Shown: positions 12,782 through 26,644, numbered from the stretch's first letter. The stretch is 64,000 nucleotides of DNA from Paramecium tetraurelia (GCA_000165425.1 CT868307.1:1-64000), one strand, 5' to 3'. Made by a program: numbers and translations. Notes: generated by a model not told the origin, from the sequence alone.

Positions 12782-13842
12782 ATGAATAAGAAAGAATTCA
12801 GAAAACTCAATGCTCATATCGACAAAGAAGTGCTCAATCTAACAGGCGGAGTTTATCCTGTTGGTCTAATTACTTAATAGAAACCTATCAATCATCAGAA
12901 GTGGGCACAGGAAGAAATTTTATTAAATAATTCACTCGTCAAAAGAATTAATGCTTGGGTACCTGAATAAGAAAGAGGCAAGCTCTTTCCAGGAGAAAAG
13001 TTTAATATTGAACCTGAAGTTGTTGAATTTACAGAGAATGAAATTACCGTGGATGAAAATTGGGATTATGAGGAAACCAAATACCTATTCCAAGAGTTGA
13101 GACATTTCAATTATAATTTCATCATTCTTTATGATAGATATCAATATCAAAACAAAAACAGAGACATCTATCAGTTGAAGGATAGATATTACAGTGTCAT
13201 GAGGGAAATCTTATAAAAGAGAAGTCAAACTTCACATTAATTATATAATTATGTCTATGATGAGGAATATGATAGATTTAGAAACATGGAGTTAGAGAAA
13301 TATTTGAAAAGGACTAAATAGATTTGTGATGATGAAAAAAAAATATAGGAGGATCTCAGAAAATTAGATTAATTGATCAAGAAACAAGAGAAAGAACATC
13401 GAAGTATCACCAGATGTATTGGAAGTGCTCAAGAAACTGATGTAAATTAATAATATCAATATCCTTCTAGGAAATAGATGAAAACAGATTACAAACCATT
13501 TTAGAAGTTGGCCAGAAAAATGAGGATCTCAAAAATAAAACCCAATAACACATAGTGTATCTCAGAACCAAGTGGGTGAATGATGTCTTGCCTATTCCAA
13601 GCTCGGTCAAAGATAAATTAGATAGACAGTTAAAAGACATCATCCCTCAAGCTAAATTGGTCTTAAATCAAGAGTTAGAGGCCTCATACTCACAACTAAG
13701 GAAGTTCTACTTGGAAGTGTTAATTAAATAAAGATTGTAAAAAAAGAGAGAAGCAGATAAAAAGTAATTGGAAGACAAAATTAGAAAAATCAAAGCATAA
13801 TTTGATTCATAACCTCCAAGTGATATTAAATAAAAAAAATGA
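12782..13842 (+). CDS. DMAP1: DMAP1/Swc4 (Eaf2) SANT-domain subunit of the NuA4/SWR1 complexes
   Basis: EVLNLTGG, KFNIEPEV, SANT domain WDYEETKYLF...FIILYDRY...RDIYQLKDRYY, YDEEYDRFR..LEKYLKRT and VYLRT. Intron at 13442-13470. Confidence 0.85.
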
Positions 13843-13937
13843 TCAAATCAAATTTGTATTCCTTTTTTACACTCATTTTTAATTGATTGTTTAATTTGCA
13901 TTAATAAATGTGAATTAAAAATATATAATAATTAATA

Positions 13938-16580
13938 TCAATTTCTTTTAAACATCGCTTAAATTGTCTATTTGATATCATTTTTTAATGTAATAATGCT
14001 CTACTTTACTTAAACCCCTTGCATCCTAATACTCTATCCAACTATTCTAAATTGTTCTGCAATTGCATTCTTCTATTGAATTAGACTTTCCTTAACTTAT
14101 TACATTTATTAAGCAATCTGAATTCTTATTGAAATCAATTATTGCTTTATTGAATCATAAATGCTTTAAAGTATTACTTTAGCAGCTTGGAATTACTCAA
14201 TTATTGATTATTTAATTTGATTAAAGATTCCTATCATTTTAATTTATATAGCTTATGCTGCCTCTTTCACTACTATGCATTGAGCCACTATCACTCCTCT
14301 CAAAAATTACATAAAATCAACAATCGTATTTTTTAAGGATATGAATACTTAGACGACTTAATTCTTCAACTAGATAAGAGGATCAATCATGATACCATAC
14401 ACATATTTAATCTACTACCAAATTAATTGAACTAGTTCCTTGATGACTTTTATTAAATATATGAAAAATTCAGTAATTTTGGCTTTAATAAAGAGAATTT
14501 AGTTTTTCAAAAATATGCAAGCTTATTTTAACTTATCAATTCCATATTTTATAATTCTTATTACTTTTTGTTTGATTTTAATATAACTATTCTTTACCTT
14601 GACTCCAAATAATCTTATGCTTGCCCAAGCAGGTAATACATAATTATATTTCATCATATCTTTGAAATTTATTAACGATTAGACAATGGCTAGGACTGCC
14701 TTTTTAATTACTCTATAGCAGCCCATAATAAATCTAAGAACTGGGGTGATGAGTTTGGAATTTATTATTGAGGCTATTTTCTTAGCTTACTTAAAAATCA
14801 GTACTAGGAGTCCTTCTATTTTTATTAGTAATTTTATGAATTTCACAATTATGTAAACTATCCAAATATACGACTTATTTGGGATTCGATATATAAAGAA
14901 ATCAATTCCTACTTCAATTACTTTGTTAAATTACAAATAAGGGAACGATAAAATGACGAACATTATATCAAAAAATTTTTCTGTAAGCCATATAATTGGT
15001 TTGAATATTCTAAACACCAATATAAATTTTACTAGAATCTTACATTGTTATTCAATTGTCCATTTTATTGATTTCTTAATTGATCTAAACAAAAAGATTA
15101 CAAAATTTTTAATTTTCTATCCAGTTAATTTTATTATTTTCTTGATGAATTTATAGGCTGCCTTGATTTTTAAGATAATGTATTTTGCAATAATCAATAT
15201 TTTCTGATATAAGATTTTCGCTTTTTAATATATAATATTAGCTAATATTTTCAACTTATTTTGAAGTTTCTACATTAAAATACAGAATTTTAAATATCTT
15301 TTAGCGCTGTTCTCCCTCATTTTACTATAGATTAATTTTAATTTCAGGGCCAGGTTTCTCCCTCTTTTCTAAAGTATCTTAAATACTTGATATGATACTT
15401 TTTATCCATTTCTATAGTATTCCATAAATTTTGTTTTTCCTTTTATAATGACATCATCTCTCAAGAACAATAAGGCCACTTTAATGAGATCGATAGTCTT
15501 CAATGAGATATCAATTATTAATCTTTTAATCTTTTTCAAAACTTCATTAACTTTGAGATTGAAAGGCGAGATTACATTTTGTTTTAGTTACTTGTATTTT
15601 CCAAGAAGGTAATCGATTAAGAGAAGAGAATAGTGGATTAATCTATTTTTGACATACTTCAGACATCTTCCTACTAATTTAATCTAAACCAAGATCCAAT
15701 TCTAAAATTACAAATATTTGGCTTTAATATAGTATAAGATTATTGGAACATAGTGAGTCAATGCACTTTTTAATTTGACCATTCCAAGAGTAGATTAATC
15801 CTACAAATAGTAGCTGAATTAAACAATTTTATTCTTTAATGGAATGAGCGTACGCTAATAGATGAAGATTGAAGCCTTTTTAATTTATTAGTACAAATAA
15901 GTTATCAAAAATGTGATTTTTTCTTTAAGATATAATGTAAATCGTTTAATGGCTTTATAGATAATTAATATGAGTTATTTTGTTTTGTTAAGGATATATT
16001 TTATCTTAGATATCGCAAATTTCATCCCTTTTTTACCCTGTCTTTTAATAACACTTGATATTCTTTAGTAGTAATTTTTGCAAATGGCAGTTACAACTTT
16101 GATTTTCTTAGCTATCCATATATATAAGACGAAAAGATAATTTTCAATAAATATTAAAAAATACTAAATGATAAACAGTACCAGCTGTTACCATTTTTTA
16201 GTAATGTATTGTGAACATACTCTTAGAACATACTGCAATTTTACTATAAATAGCAAACCTTTCTAATATATCCAATTTTTGACAAAATAAAAATTAACAA
16301 TAATATATTACTTTGTGCTTTTATATGTTTGAGCTATGAAATGTATTAAGGAAATAAGAGATTCCCAAGTGTAAATGAGTAAATTTTTTATTCCGATAAC
16401 TAATTCAAAAATAATCATGCAAGGGAAAAGTAAAGCAAACAAAATTACATTAATAATGTTTTTGTAAAGGGGATCTCCTTTTTTAATTATTCCCCCAAAT
16501 AGTTTTCGTGATGCCTTGATCTATTAAATCTTGGCATCATTAAGTTCGTTGATCTCTGCATTATGAGCATCTATATCCAT
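13938..16580 (-). CDS. 880-aa basic/hydrophobic amphipathic-helix protein, function unknown
   Basis: ATG 16580 and TGA 13938 are in frame (2643 nt); the parts I translated (about two thirds) are stop-free. N-terminal TM-like segment IINVILFALLFPCMIIF, then K/R + I/L/F/Y alternation with few acidic residues. Confidence 0.75.
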
Positions 16581-17348
16581 TTAAATTTATTATATTAATA
16601 TATTTCATTTAATAAGTTAATTGAAATAGGATGGGCATATCCACCGTGTTCATATAGAAATAAATGGCATAAATCGTAATTAATTAGAAAAGTTTCATTT
16701 TAAACAATATATTTATACTGAATATATATTGTTGTTGGGCCGAACAATAAATAAGCAAGAGCATATCTTCCCATCTTCTCAAGATTTTTTAATTGAAAAA
16801 ATATGATATGATCAAATTAATATATTGAATAATGTAATGTATTATATAAGTGTAATTTTAATAACCTCTATTTTTATTAGGCATAGTTTAAATGGATAAA
16901 TTGTATTAATCGATCTCATTTAATATGGATATAAGAATTGATCCAAATGATCATTTTTATTTTCTAGTAGTACTTTTCAATAATTTTAATACTATTATTT
17001 TTGTTATTAAGAATTTCAAATCATAACTTCTTTTTCAATCACTTTTCTAAAGCTCGATTGAGAATTGCTATTGGAAGTGAAGGGTAAATAGTGTTTACCT
17101 AAAATAAAAGGTCCTAATTAAATAATAAGATTTAATGAAATCGTTTTTTTAGCATTTTTAAATCATTTTTGTTTTGACTAATATTGATTTAATTTAAATA
17201 AACCTAATCTCTACTCTCAACCTCTTACACATATGTAATCTAACGAAATTCTTCCAGTCTAATCAAGTATTACTTTTGTCATCTTTAGATTTTCTATAAA
17301 CTCATAGCCTGTTACCTTAAATATAGCACATCGAATTGCCTTTTGAAG

Positions 17349-17897
17349 ATGTCCACGATCAACTCTAACTAAGTAAATCATATTAGTAATTATGTAGTCG
17401 AGAGTGTAGAAACATTCAATTTTAATGAAATGGATGCTGAGGATGATTATTATAATCCAATTTAAAAATTACCCTTGAAGAAGCCCAGAAAGCGAAGAAG
17501 AAGACAAGCATTTCACGATAAGAGAAGAAAAAGATCCAGCTAAAAGAAATCTGTAATAATATCTAATTTACTGTATTTAGAATAGGAAACCTCAACCGAT
17601 TCCATTTAATTATTAAGAGGATAGACAGATTCTTCTCTAAGTCTTAGAAGTGGGGCCCAAATTCTATAAAATCGCCAAAGGCTTTCAAGGGAGAACTTTG
17701 AGCATGGTCAAGAACAGATATTACAAGACTTTGCGCTTCAAATGGGATGTCATCTTGGGACAGTATCTAATTATATTAAGTTTAATAGGGAATATGGATA
17801 TATGAACGCCTCTGTGAACGACATCTAAAATTAACAAGGTCTTGAATATTTAGAAGAAGATTATGATCATAATATCTATTCATAATTTTTATTTTGA
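17349..17897 (+). CDS. Single-repeat Myb/SANT DNA-binding protein
   Basis: Basic NLS (KKPRKRRRR), then PFNYQEDRQILLQVLEVGPKFYKIAKGFQGRTLSMVKNRYYKTLR. Introns at about 17553-17580 and 17763-17788. The start could instead be ATG 17233. Confidence 0.8.
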
Positions 17898-17997
17898 AAT
17901 CTAATTATAGTACTTACATATTATTTTCAAAAATATGACATTGTTTTAAATAAACTATTAAAATGAATGAAAAATATTAAAAAACACACTAAATTTT

Positions 17998-20454
17998 TCA
18001 AAAGACTTCTGATATTAGTTCACTTTGTTTTTGTCCACCCACAAATTCATATTACTTGAAACTCATTGAGAAATATGCTTCTCCTTGAGAAATAGATCGA
18101 ATGGCCGTGGAATATCCAATGGTCTCCTAGGATGGAATAGTGGCTGTAAGAATGACTCTATTGCTGTTTTGAGATCCTGCTCTATTTTAATCTTGTTTGA
18201 TTTCAATGATTTTTCCCCTTCTATGGGAAATCAAATCATTAATGATTCTCTACTACAATGAATTGGGACAAGAGATCTCAAGATCCATGATGGGTTCTAA
18301 TATGATGGGCTAAGATGCATAATGAATAAAAGTACTTTGAGTAAGGGATGGATTTCTGTCATTAATTTTTGGACTGCTCTGCCGATAGCCAAATCATTGG
18401 TCCTTTTAACAGAGAAAGCACCATCCAAGATTGTGGCATTAACGCCTTGCATTTAATAGGATTTCAAGAAACCCCTATTGAGAGATGCCAGGATTGACTT
18501 TTCCAATTAAAAGAACATGGGAAATGGCAAGGAAGATATATGATAGGCCTTTTCTTCCCCATGGTCATCAAAGATGGAATCTACTTCTATGTTTTTACAA
18601 GGATTCTTGATATATTTGATTGAGGATTCAATTTTTTGATTGGGCACCAATCTGAGTTAACTTTCTTTGAATTGCTTATATAGGATGTCGAAGTCGTTTT
18701 CTCTATCAAAATCAAAAATGACTTCATTCTCCTGCTATTCACTTGGTTACAACTTCAACTTCAATTTAAACCACAAGGGTCTTCCTTTAAGGATATCCTA
18801 ATATTTGACTTCCAAGACTCCTTCCTCACTAATGCTCTCCTTGTATTCGACTTGCATCTTCTTGAGTTTTGTGTTTAAGCCAAAATCTTCTTTCAATCTT
18901 TACACAACTATTTCGAGATGTAATTCTCCTTGTCCACCAATAGTAATAAGTGACTCATCAATTATGGAAATCTTCAGGCTCTCATCCTCCAATTGCAACT
19001 ATTGCAAAGCCTAATCTAATTTGAGTTTGTCCTTGGCTGACTCATATTCTAAGTTGGCAAAGAAGACACACTGAGGTAATTACAATTACTGTAATACAAA
19101 TCTACGTGAATCAGAAGGATTTACCTCTCATCATTGGGTCCAATTATGGTAGACCCAGCAACTGCCTACTTGGATTGAATTGCAATGATATCTCCAGCTT
19201 GAACACTATTGATGGGAACATACCTGTTGGCTCTGACTCTATAGAGATTGTTGACCTTAATAAGTTCATCCTTGGTGCTGTTATTATAGTTTTATTTTTA
19301 AGTCATTTCTCCAGAATAGATTCTAGTAAATCCAAGCAATCCCAAGTCTTGATCCTGTAGAACCTTGTACACATAAGCAGTCAGTTTTTCACTCTTTTCT
19401 AGTTTCCTTTTGTTATTTGGATTGTTGATGTCAAAGATCAAAGGTCTTTCACTAGGTCCTGGCAATAGTTAATGGACAGCATCCAGAATTGGTTAGATAC
19501 CCCTATTTTTGAGTGCTGATCCAACGTAGATGGGGCAACATTGGTTGTAATTTGTATTAATAATTTGTCTAATAGAATGAAGCAGCAACTATTGATTGAG
19601 CAATTCTTTAGAGTCTTCCAAATAGAGTTCGGCAATCTTATCATCATACTCAGACACAGTAGACAACAGATCATCTCTGGCTTAGATGGCTTTATCATAA
19701 TAACGATGAGATTTATCGACATCTCTGAATTAAACTTCTGAGCCGTACTTGTCTAACCAGACAATCTCTTGGAGAGTCAAGAGATCGATGACAGAATTGA
19801 AATAATCAATTTCACCTACTGGGATCTGCATTCTAGAGTAATGAATTTGATGGAATACATAAAAGGTTTGATGTGCAATCTGTCTTTCATAGATTGAAGA
19901 GTGTAGTCTAATGATGCCCCTTGTCTATCCATTTTGTTTACGAATGCAATTTTGGGGATGTTGAACTTATTGGCTTGCAACCACACAGTTTCTGATTGTG
20001 TTTGGACACCTGAGACTCCATCAAAGATTGCTATGGCTCCATCTGCGAAAATAGATATTATATTTGTACCTAAAACTCTGAGGGATCTTTCGACTTCAGC
20101 TGTAAAATCAATGTGTCCAGGAGTGTCGATGAGATTATATTGATGATTGGCCCAGTTGAAGGAGATGGCTGCAGATCTGATGGTGATTCCCCTTTGTCTT
20201 TCTTAGGGCATGAAGTCCATGGTGGTGGTACCGTCATGAACTTCACCTGGGAATGTGATGGCTCCAGAGTAGAACAGCATTCTTTCTGTGGTTGTTGTTT
20301 TGCCTGCATCGATGTGTGCTATGATTCCAAAGTTTCTGATTTTCTCTTCTGTGGTAGTTGGCAAATTCTTCAATCTCTCCGCCCTCTCTTGATTGATTCT
20401 GTCTCGAATGGAAGAGAAAGTATAGATTCGCTTCTTTAGACAAGTTCGAAGCAT
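17998..20454 (-). CDS. GFM2: Mitochondrial EF-G2 / ribosome-releasing factor 2
   Basis: Basic presequence [97 protein letters not shown]. Four small introns. Confidence 0.85.
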
Positions 20455-20493
20455 AAATTTAGATAATAAATAATGTTTGTAAAATGAATGCAC

Positions 20494-21285
20494 TCAAAAT
20501 AACAAATACATTATTAAACAAACCATAAATAAAATATTCTCATAACACTTTTGGCATTAATTGTGATTCCAATAATATGTATGTAGCGTATTCTTAAAGC
20601 AATTGTCTTTTGTCAACTCCTGTGTTGTAATAGCTTAACATTAAGATATGTTGTAATCGTATTGACACACTTGAATTTGGTATCCATTCTCCAGAGTAGA
20701 ATTTATGATGTAATTGCAGAAGTACTCAGGCAAATATTGACATTCTGCATTCACACAAGCATTATTATTGAGAATGCAGTAAAATGGGTAGAAGGCACAT
20801 TGGTCATTGTCTAAATCCTTGCATTAAGCCACTGTGCACACTCCATTATTCCAAGCACAATACCCAAAATTATATAGACATTACTATTGGGTCAATAAAG
20901 ATTCGCAATGAGTTGTGGATTGGAGTGTGCAATAATCGCTGTTTGTTTAGTTGGTGCACCACACATTTTGATCGTAGCAATTGCGAGTACCATTGGATAA
21001 TAAGTGAGAGCAGAAATCCTCGGAATCGCTGCTTGTGAATAGTTTGGAACATTTTGGATCTTGAGAACTTGTGAAGTTGTTGAAGCATTTCCTCGATGTT
21101 TAACACAAGTAAGGATTCAAGTCTTCGCATCTGATGTTCTCGCATTTATTCTTCGACCAAAAACAGTAGAGATCTCTTTAACAATCTTATTGTGTTACTA
21201 GTTCATCGCAATTGCATATCTCTTTGAATGTGATGTCAATGAATTGCTAAGTCCACACTAGGGGAATACTTAATAAGAGCAGCAT
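20494..21285 (-). CDS. Cys-rich secreted/GPI-anchored mini-antigen-like protein (263 aa)
   Basis: Intronless. Signal peptide MLLLLSIPLVWT, CNCDEL...DC...C.W...C repeats, terminal NCF.NT....YW....CQKC followed by a hydrophobic tail. Confidence 0.85.
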
Positions 21286-21358
21286 TTATAATAAATAATA
21301 TTTCAAATCCACGCTTAAATTTATATAGAATAATATTATTTTCTATATATTATCATTA

Positions 21359-22310
21359 TCATTTAGAATCGGTGGGGAGCAATACTACTTTGGTGGATCC
21401 TTACTGTCCCAAAGTGGTGATTGTGTCTAGATACCGTATTTACATGGCTGCCTTGGAATCCAAGAGTTCTGCTGCCTGTCTCATGAGCTTGGCCGATTGA
21501 ACATCCCCTTAAGCAGAAATGACCTTGGCTTGAGCTGCTCTCTGCTCCTTGGCTGCCATGGATAAGGTGTTCTACAAATCAGCATTCAATTAAATATCTT
21601 TAATCAACATGTTCTCAATGTCAATTCCCCATTCCCAGACATGTTCATCCACGAATCCTTCGATTTGCTACTGCACTTCAGCTCTCTTTTCCAAGAGATC
21701 TTATAGAGTGTGAGATCCAGCTATGCTTTTGATAGTAGCCAATGTTAATTGAGTCACTGCTTGATGGAGATCGTTGATATAAAATATGGATCTTCTTGGT
21801 ATCACTATTCTATAATAAACAGTTGCATCAATGCTCACTAAGATGTTGTCCTTGGTCATCACTTATTACCTAGGACAGTCGATCATCTACACTTTGCAAT
21901 CGACCTTCTAAATGGTATCGGTGCAAGGATTGATGTATATTAATCCAGGTTGAACTTAGATAAAAGCCTCGTGTACCTGTCTTAATGTATTTTCCAAAGC
22001 GCAAATATACTCCAACAAAACTTTGCTCCACTTAGACATAGGGATACTCGACGCAAGGATTGCAAGGACAGACAGCCTTGCAATTTCCGCAGCACTCTCC
22101 ACAATTGTATAAGTAGGATTAATATGAACCACCCAAGTCCAGATTCTGCTCTTAATTTTCAGGCAACTCTTCCCTGGGATAACGAGGAGCCTTATACCCT
22201 GAGATATAAAATTAAACTCTTCACTTACCAGGTGGTGGAATGTTGTAATCCCGCTGTTGCTGGGGTGGAAGTTGTTATTGTTGATACATAACTTAGTTTT
22301 GTTATTACAT
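21359..22310 (-). CDS. Stomatin / band-7 (SPFH) protein
   Basis: RFGKY...PGLIYINP, QQVMTKDN..VSIDATVYYRI, WGIDIENMLIKDI, AAKEQRAAQAKVISAQGD, AMQIRYLDTI. Two small introns. Confidence 0.92.
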
Positions 22311-22358
22311 AATATAATAATATATATAAATAAATATTATAAACTAAAAAGAAATAAA

Positions 22359-25280
22359 TCACCTTAAACTAATGACTACCGGTCCAGAGTAAAATGGAGC
22401 ATATCCTAACGGTAATTCCGACCCCTCGATGATCATGTTTCTAAAAAACTGCTCATGTGTCTAAATAGAATATCTATCTAATTAATACTACCATAAATAC
22501 CGTTCTTCATCGTCATTCGTAGCAAACAACAACTCCATCTGTAGATTGGCCTCTATCCCCCTAACAACCTCGCTATCGAATCTGAAGATCTGGCAGTCAA
22601 TATCAGTGTATGAATGTCGATAAACTGTCAATTTGTTCTTGCCAGAATCGTAACCCAAAGACCACAAGAGGAGATTGCTTTGCATGGCTGTTTGCCATCC
22701 TTTTTCATTGCCCATCCCAATAAAACAGTCAGCACTGTTTTTCAATTCTTCTAACAAATCTGCATCACTCATCTCCAAATGACCCTCAACGCAGTAAAAG
22801 TCCAAACCCAACTTCAAAGCACTTCTGACAGCCTTAGTGGCAATCTCGGATAGTATTTGATCCACTCCTTTCATTTGTCGTTGTTCCGATAGAGACTTCG
22901 AACTCTGGAATAAATTGAAGAGACCCTTCTAATTCAATTTGCTCTCATAGTTGAAGTCTAAATCCCCCAAAGAAACCTAGTAGATGTACAAGATGGCTCT
23001 CTAAACATGATTGTAGAGTTTTCCTACTGGCTACTACAATTTCTTAGTTTATTGGGGAATATCTTATGTATAATCATCCAACATTTTCATGATATCATCT
23101 TCTTCAGGTTTAATTTGAGTTTTAGGATTTGGTTTGATTTATATTTAGATTTCTGACTGTTGATCTAGACTATTATTCTTAAAGGATGAAAACAAGTCTT
23201 TCAATTTGATACAATCTGCGAATGAATTCGGAAAATAACTTTCATACCCTTCAAATCTGTTGGATAAATCAACAATTGATTTTTAATGACTCTCATTTAA
23301 TTCTTAAACGTAATAACATAGTGTCCTTAAATAAATCTTCTTGAATCCACTCACAAATTCAGATGCTTCTATCGTACCAGTCAAACTCAACTAATTTTCC
23401 TCGTAACTGGAGATTTGGAATTTTTGCTGCAAAGTCAAAGCACTCCCACAAAATGATCCACAATCCTTTGCATCCACCAATCTATCGACTTCTCTTGCTT
23501 CTATGCCATGACAACTCGTGGTCTCCTATGATTCCAAACCCTTGAATTGGATAACAGCATATCCCCCTTGATATTCCAACACTTGGATGATTCCCAAGTA
23601 CTTCCCTATTCTTACCAGATAATGACTCCACAAGGGTTGAGAACTCAGCAATTTATTGTATGCCTTACTCAAATAGGCATTGTAAATTGATCCCTCTGAT
23701 GAGTTCTCAATGTGTTTTTGAATGTGGATAGTGTTTCTGAAAGGTCTCAAGGATGCAAAGTAAAATAGGGGTAGTCCCAAGAATGGCATGTAAGGACTAT
23801 CCAAAATGCTGGAAATAAGCATAATTAAGAATGTTATTGGACACATTATCAATTGCAATGTGGTGATACATGCAGCTCCCTCTACCTTCTGCTTCTTCAC
23901 TGTCAACATCTTCTAACTAATCTACTTGAATTGATTATTACTTTGCTATAATCCATATTAAGAATCGAGACTTCATTCTAATTGCAAATCTCAGAGCTAT
24001 TTATACCAAGAATCCAATCAATTAGCAGTAAGCCATCGAATAACTGGTTTTGAATGAAACTATAAAGCATACCAATTATTCGAAAAACAAATAATTAGGA
24101 TTCGAATGGATCAGACTGTACAATCTGATTATCGTTGTGCATTCAAACAACCTTTGTGAGAAGATCCCTTCAAAATTGTAATCCATCATGGATATGCATG
24201 CACATTCAACTGCAGCATATAAGATTTTGTAGTATTTAACGTATGATTCAAATTTCAATTGAAGTAGGATGTAACCCAAAAATAGAGGGATAATGGCATA
24301 GTAGAGTTCTTTGTAATGAGAGGAGGCCAAGACCCCGCATAGAATTATTGAAAATGCATTCAACAAAGTACTTATCAGGTTAGCCAACAGATATGGTCTA
24401 TCCAAGTAATTCTACTTGTAAATTTGATTGTCATCCTTGGGCAGGGACCCAAAAATGTTGAACATTTTAATGTTCACCAATATACCACTTACTATTATTG
24501 CCACTCCACTACTATTATTCATGTATGATAATCCAAGACAGATGGCAATAAGGACGACGTTTAATAATACAGTTAAATATGTTCGTTTCTGAGTCGATTG
24601 GTATGATGATCCCATCAGGAAATTGAATTGCTCACCCACATATTCCAAACTAATTCAAGTCGTAAAATTTATTTACAATTATGAAAACTGCCCATACAAT
24701 CCCATCCATAACAGAATAGGTGTGAAGTAGTAAATGTATCTAATGATGTTGGCTATGATCATCCTGTCTACATGAGTGAAAATCAAAATCAATTTCAAAA
24801 ACAAACAAGCATATCTAGATCGAGAGTATGCCTCCAATTGAGTATATCCGAGTTCTACATTTTATTCTCGAGGAAACAAGAAAAAAAATACTATCGCATC
24901 CAAAACTGTCCCACCATATTTGACTGCTGAAGCAGTTCCTAAGGTTTGAGGAATCAGTATTCCAATTTACGATCCGATCTATGCTCTGGTCTTGCGATGC
25001 TCCTCGTCTGTAAAGTAATTCAAGCATATCTAAAGGATCGTGTTGATAATGGCAGGCACTATCAACACAACAGCATAGTTGTCTACAAATTTCCCAATTA
25101 TGTAGGTTTGAATTACAGATACGAGTTATATAATCACCTACCCATCAATATAAATTCTACCTATATGATATATAGCTTTGTTGGTAGGTGTAATGAGTGT
25201 CCTCCAAATAGAGAGGCTAGACAAGCTTTGAACAAGTAACTTCTTTTCTGCAAAGTGAGAACTGGTGCAGTTTAATTCAT
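22359..25280 (-). CDS. Pecanex-like multipass membrane protein (PCNX4-like)
   Basis: N-terminus APVLTLQKRSYLFK...LFGG; many TMs; SSILDSPYMPFLGLPLFYFASLRP; IQFKGLESQETTSCH; C-terminal VVRGI...ELLFATNDDEERYSIQ...RNMI...PLGY. Confidence 0.85.
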
Positions 25281-26055
25281 TTTTAATTAATAATAATATG
25301 TATATATAATAGCAATCTAAGCTATTAATAGATGGTTATTTATATAATTGAATTCCCCATGTTCAACCTATTGTGACTGTTATATTTTTGTTAAATAAAC
25401 TAACTATATGATTATTGAACTTTGTTTGAATTTTATTTATATTGAATTGCTATAAATATGAAAATTCTTTTTGTCTCAAATATAATAGGGATTCTATAAA
25501 AATCGAATCGAGGTAACTAGGTTAACCAAATTCAATATAGATAAAAATTTAGATTTTAAAGATGATATTTAATAATATTTTGGATTAAAATCTGAATATC
25601 CTTACAGATCTATTCTTTTCAGCTAAGAAGATATTTATATAAGTACAAAATACATATAAGAACTCGATTTAAATAGAATAAATATTTAAGTTTTTGTTGT
25701 TTTTTTAAATGTTATCTAAGGTCATCTTAAATATGATTACATATTCCTAAAAATAATTAATCTGCCTCCATTTACGAGAAGTTAAACGTGATTAATGTGC
25801 CGATTCTAAATGTCCATTTGGAGTAATCTGTTTTAAGTGATTATTGAAATAGTTTTGTCCTGGATAATGAGTATGGTTAAATTCCTGATGACAGAATCTT
25901 CTTAAATACTAATGATATATCTTTACCAACTGAACAGCATTATTAAATTTACAATTAATAATAAAGACTTTAATAATATTCAAATACATAAAGATTTATA
26001 ATTACTCAATAATATAAATGGCTATGCAGTAAAAACTAAATCCATATTAAATTTA

Positions 26056-26644
26056 ATGTAAGATTGTAAGGACGAACAAAATTACCTCAACTTCCTCTAG
26101 TTAGAGAAGACTGTAGGATCAATCGATGACAATTCTACTTCGTTACATCAATTGAATCATGAAAATCTTTCTCTAACTTATAACATGAACTAAGAAGTTT
26201 CTCCTCTAAATCACCAAACCAAGAGGATAAAGAAGAAGAAGCGAGTGATCTTCCATTACAAGAAGAAGAGAAGAAATACTAAACTAATAGAGATGAATAA
26301 CAATAACCCATTCACCGTTGAGGAGGACCAAAAAATCCTATCACTTGTGCTCAAGCACGGTCCAAAGTTTGGCAATATAATCAAAAACTTCAATGATAGG
26401 AACCAAAACGCCATAAAGAATAGATACTATAAATACCTTCGATTCAGATGGGATTCAATATTGGGGAGGTATGTACTTGTTTTTAGTGATTAATAGTGAC
26501 TACAGGAGGCTGAATTGCAAGCGAGACAGCGAGAAAGTGGATTGTAGTGATCTAACTTAAATCATAGATGAAATGACGATCTTTCCAGAATTCAAAGATT
26601 TATTGTCCCAGTTAGTATACAGAGTCCACTCCTATTTTAATTGA
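26056..26644 (+). CDS. Single-repeat Myb/SANT DNA-binding protein (paralog of 17349-17897)
   Basis: PFTVEEDQKILSLVLKHGPKFGNIIKNFNDRNQNAIKNRYYKYLRFRWDSILG preceded by a basic NLS. Intron at about 26469-26496. Confidence 0.85.

Noticed and set aside
18805..20439. Plus-strand ORFs overlapping EF-G2
   Set aside because: Antisense shadows; the conserved GTPase motifs are on the minus strand.
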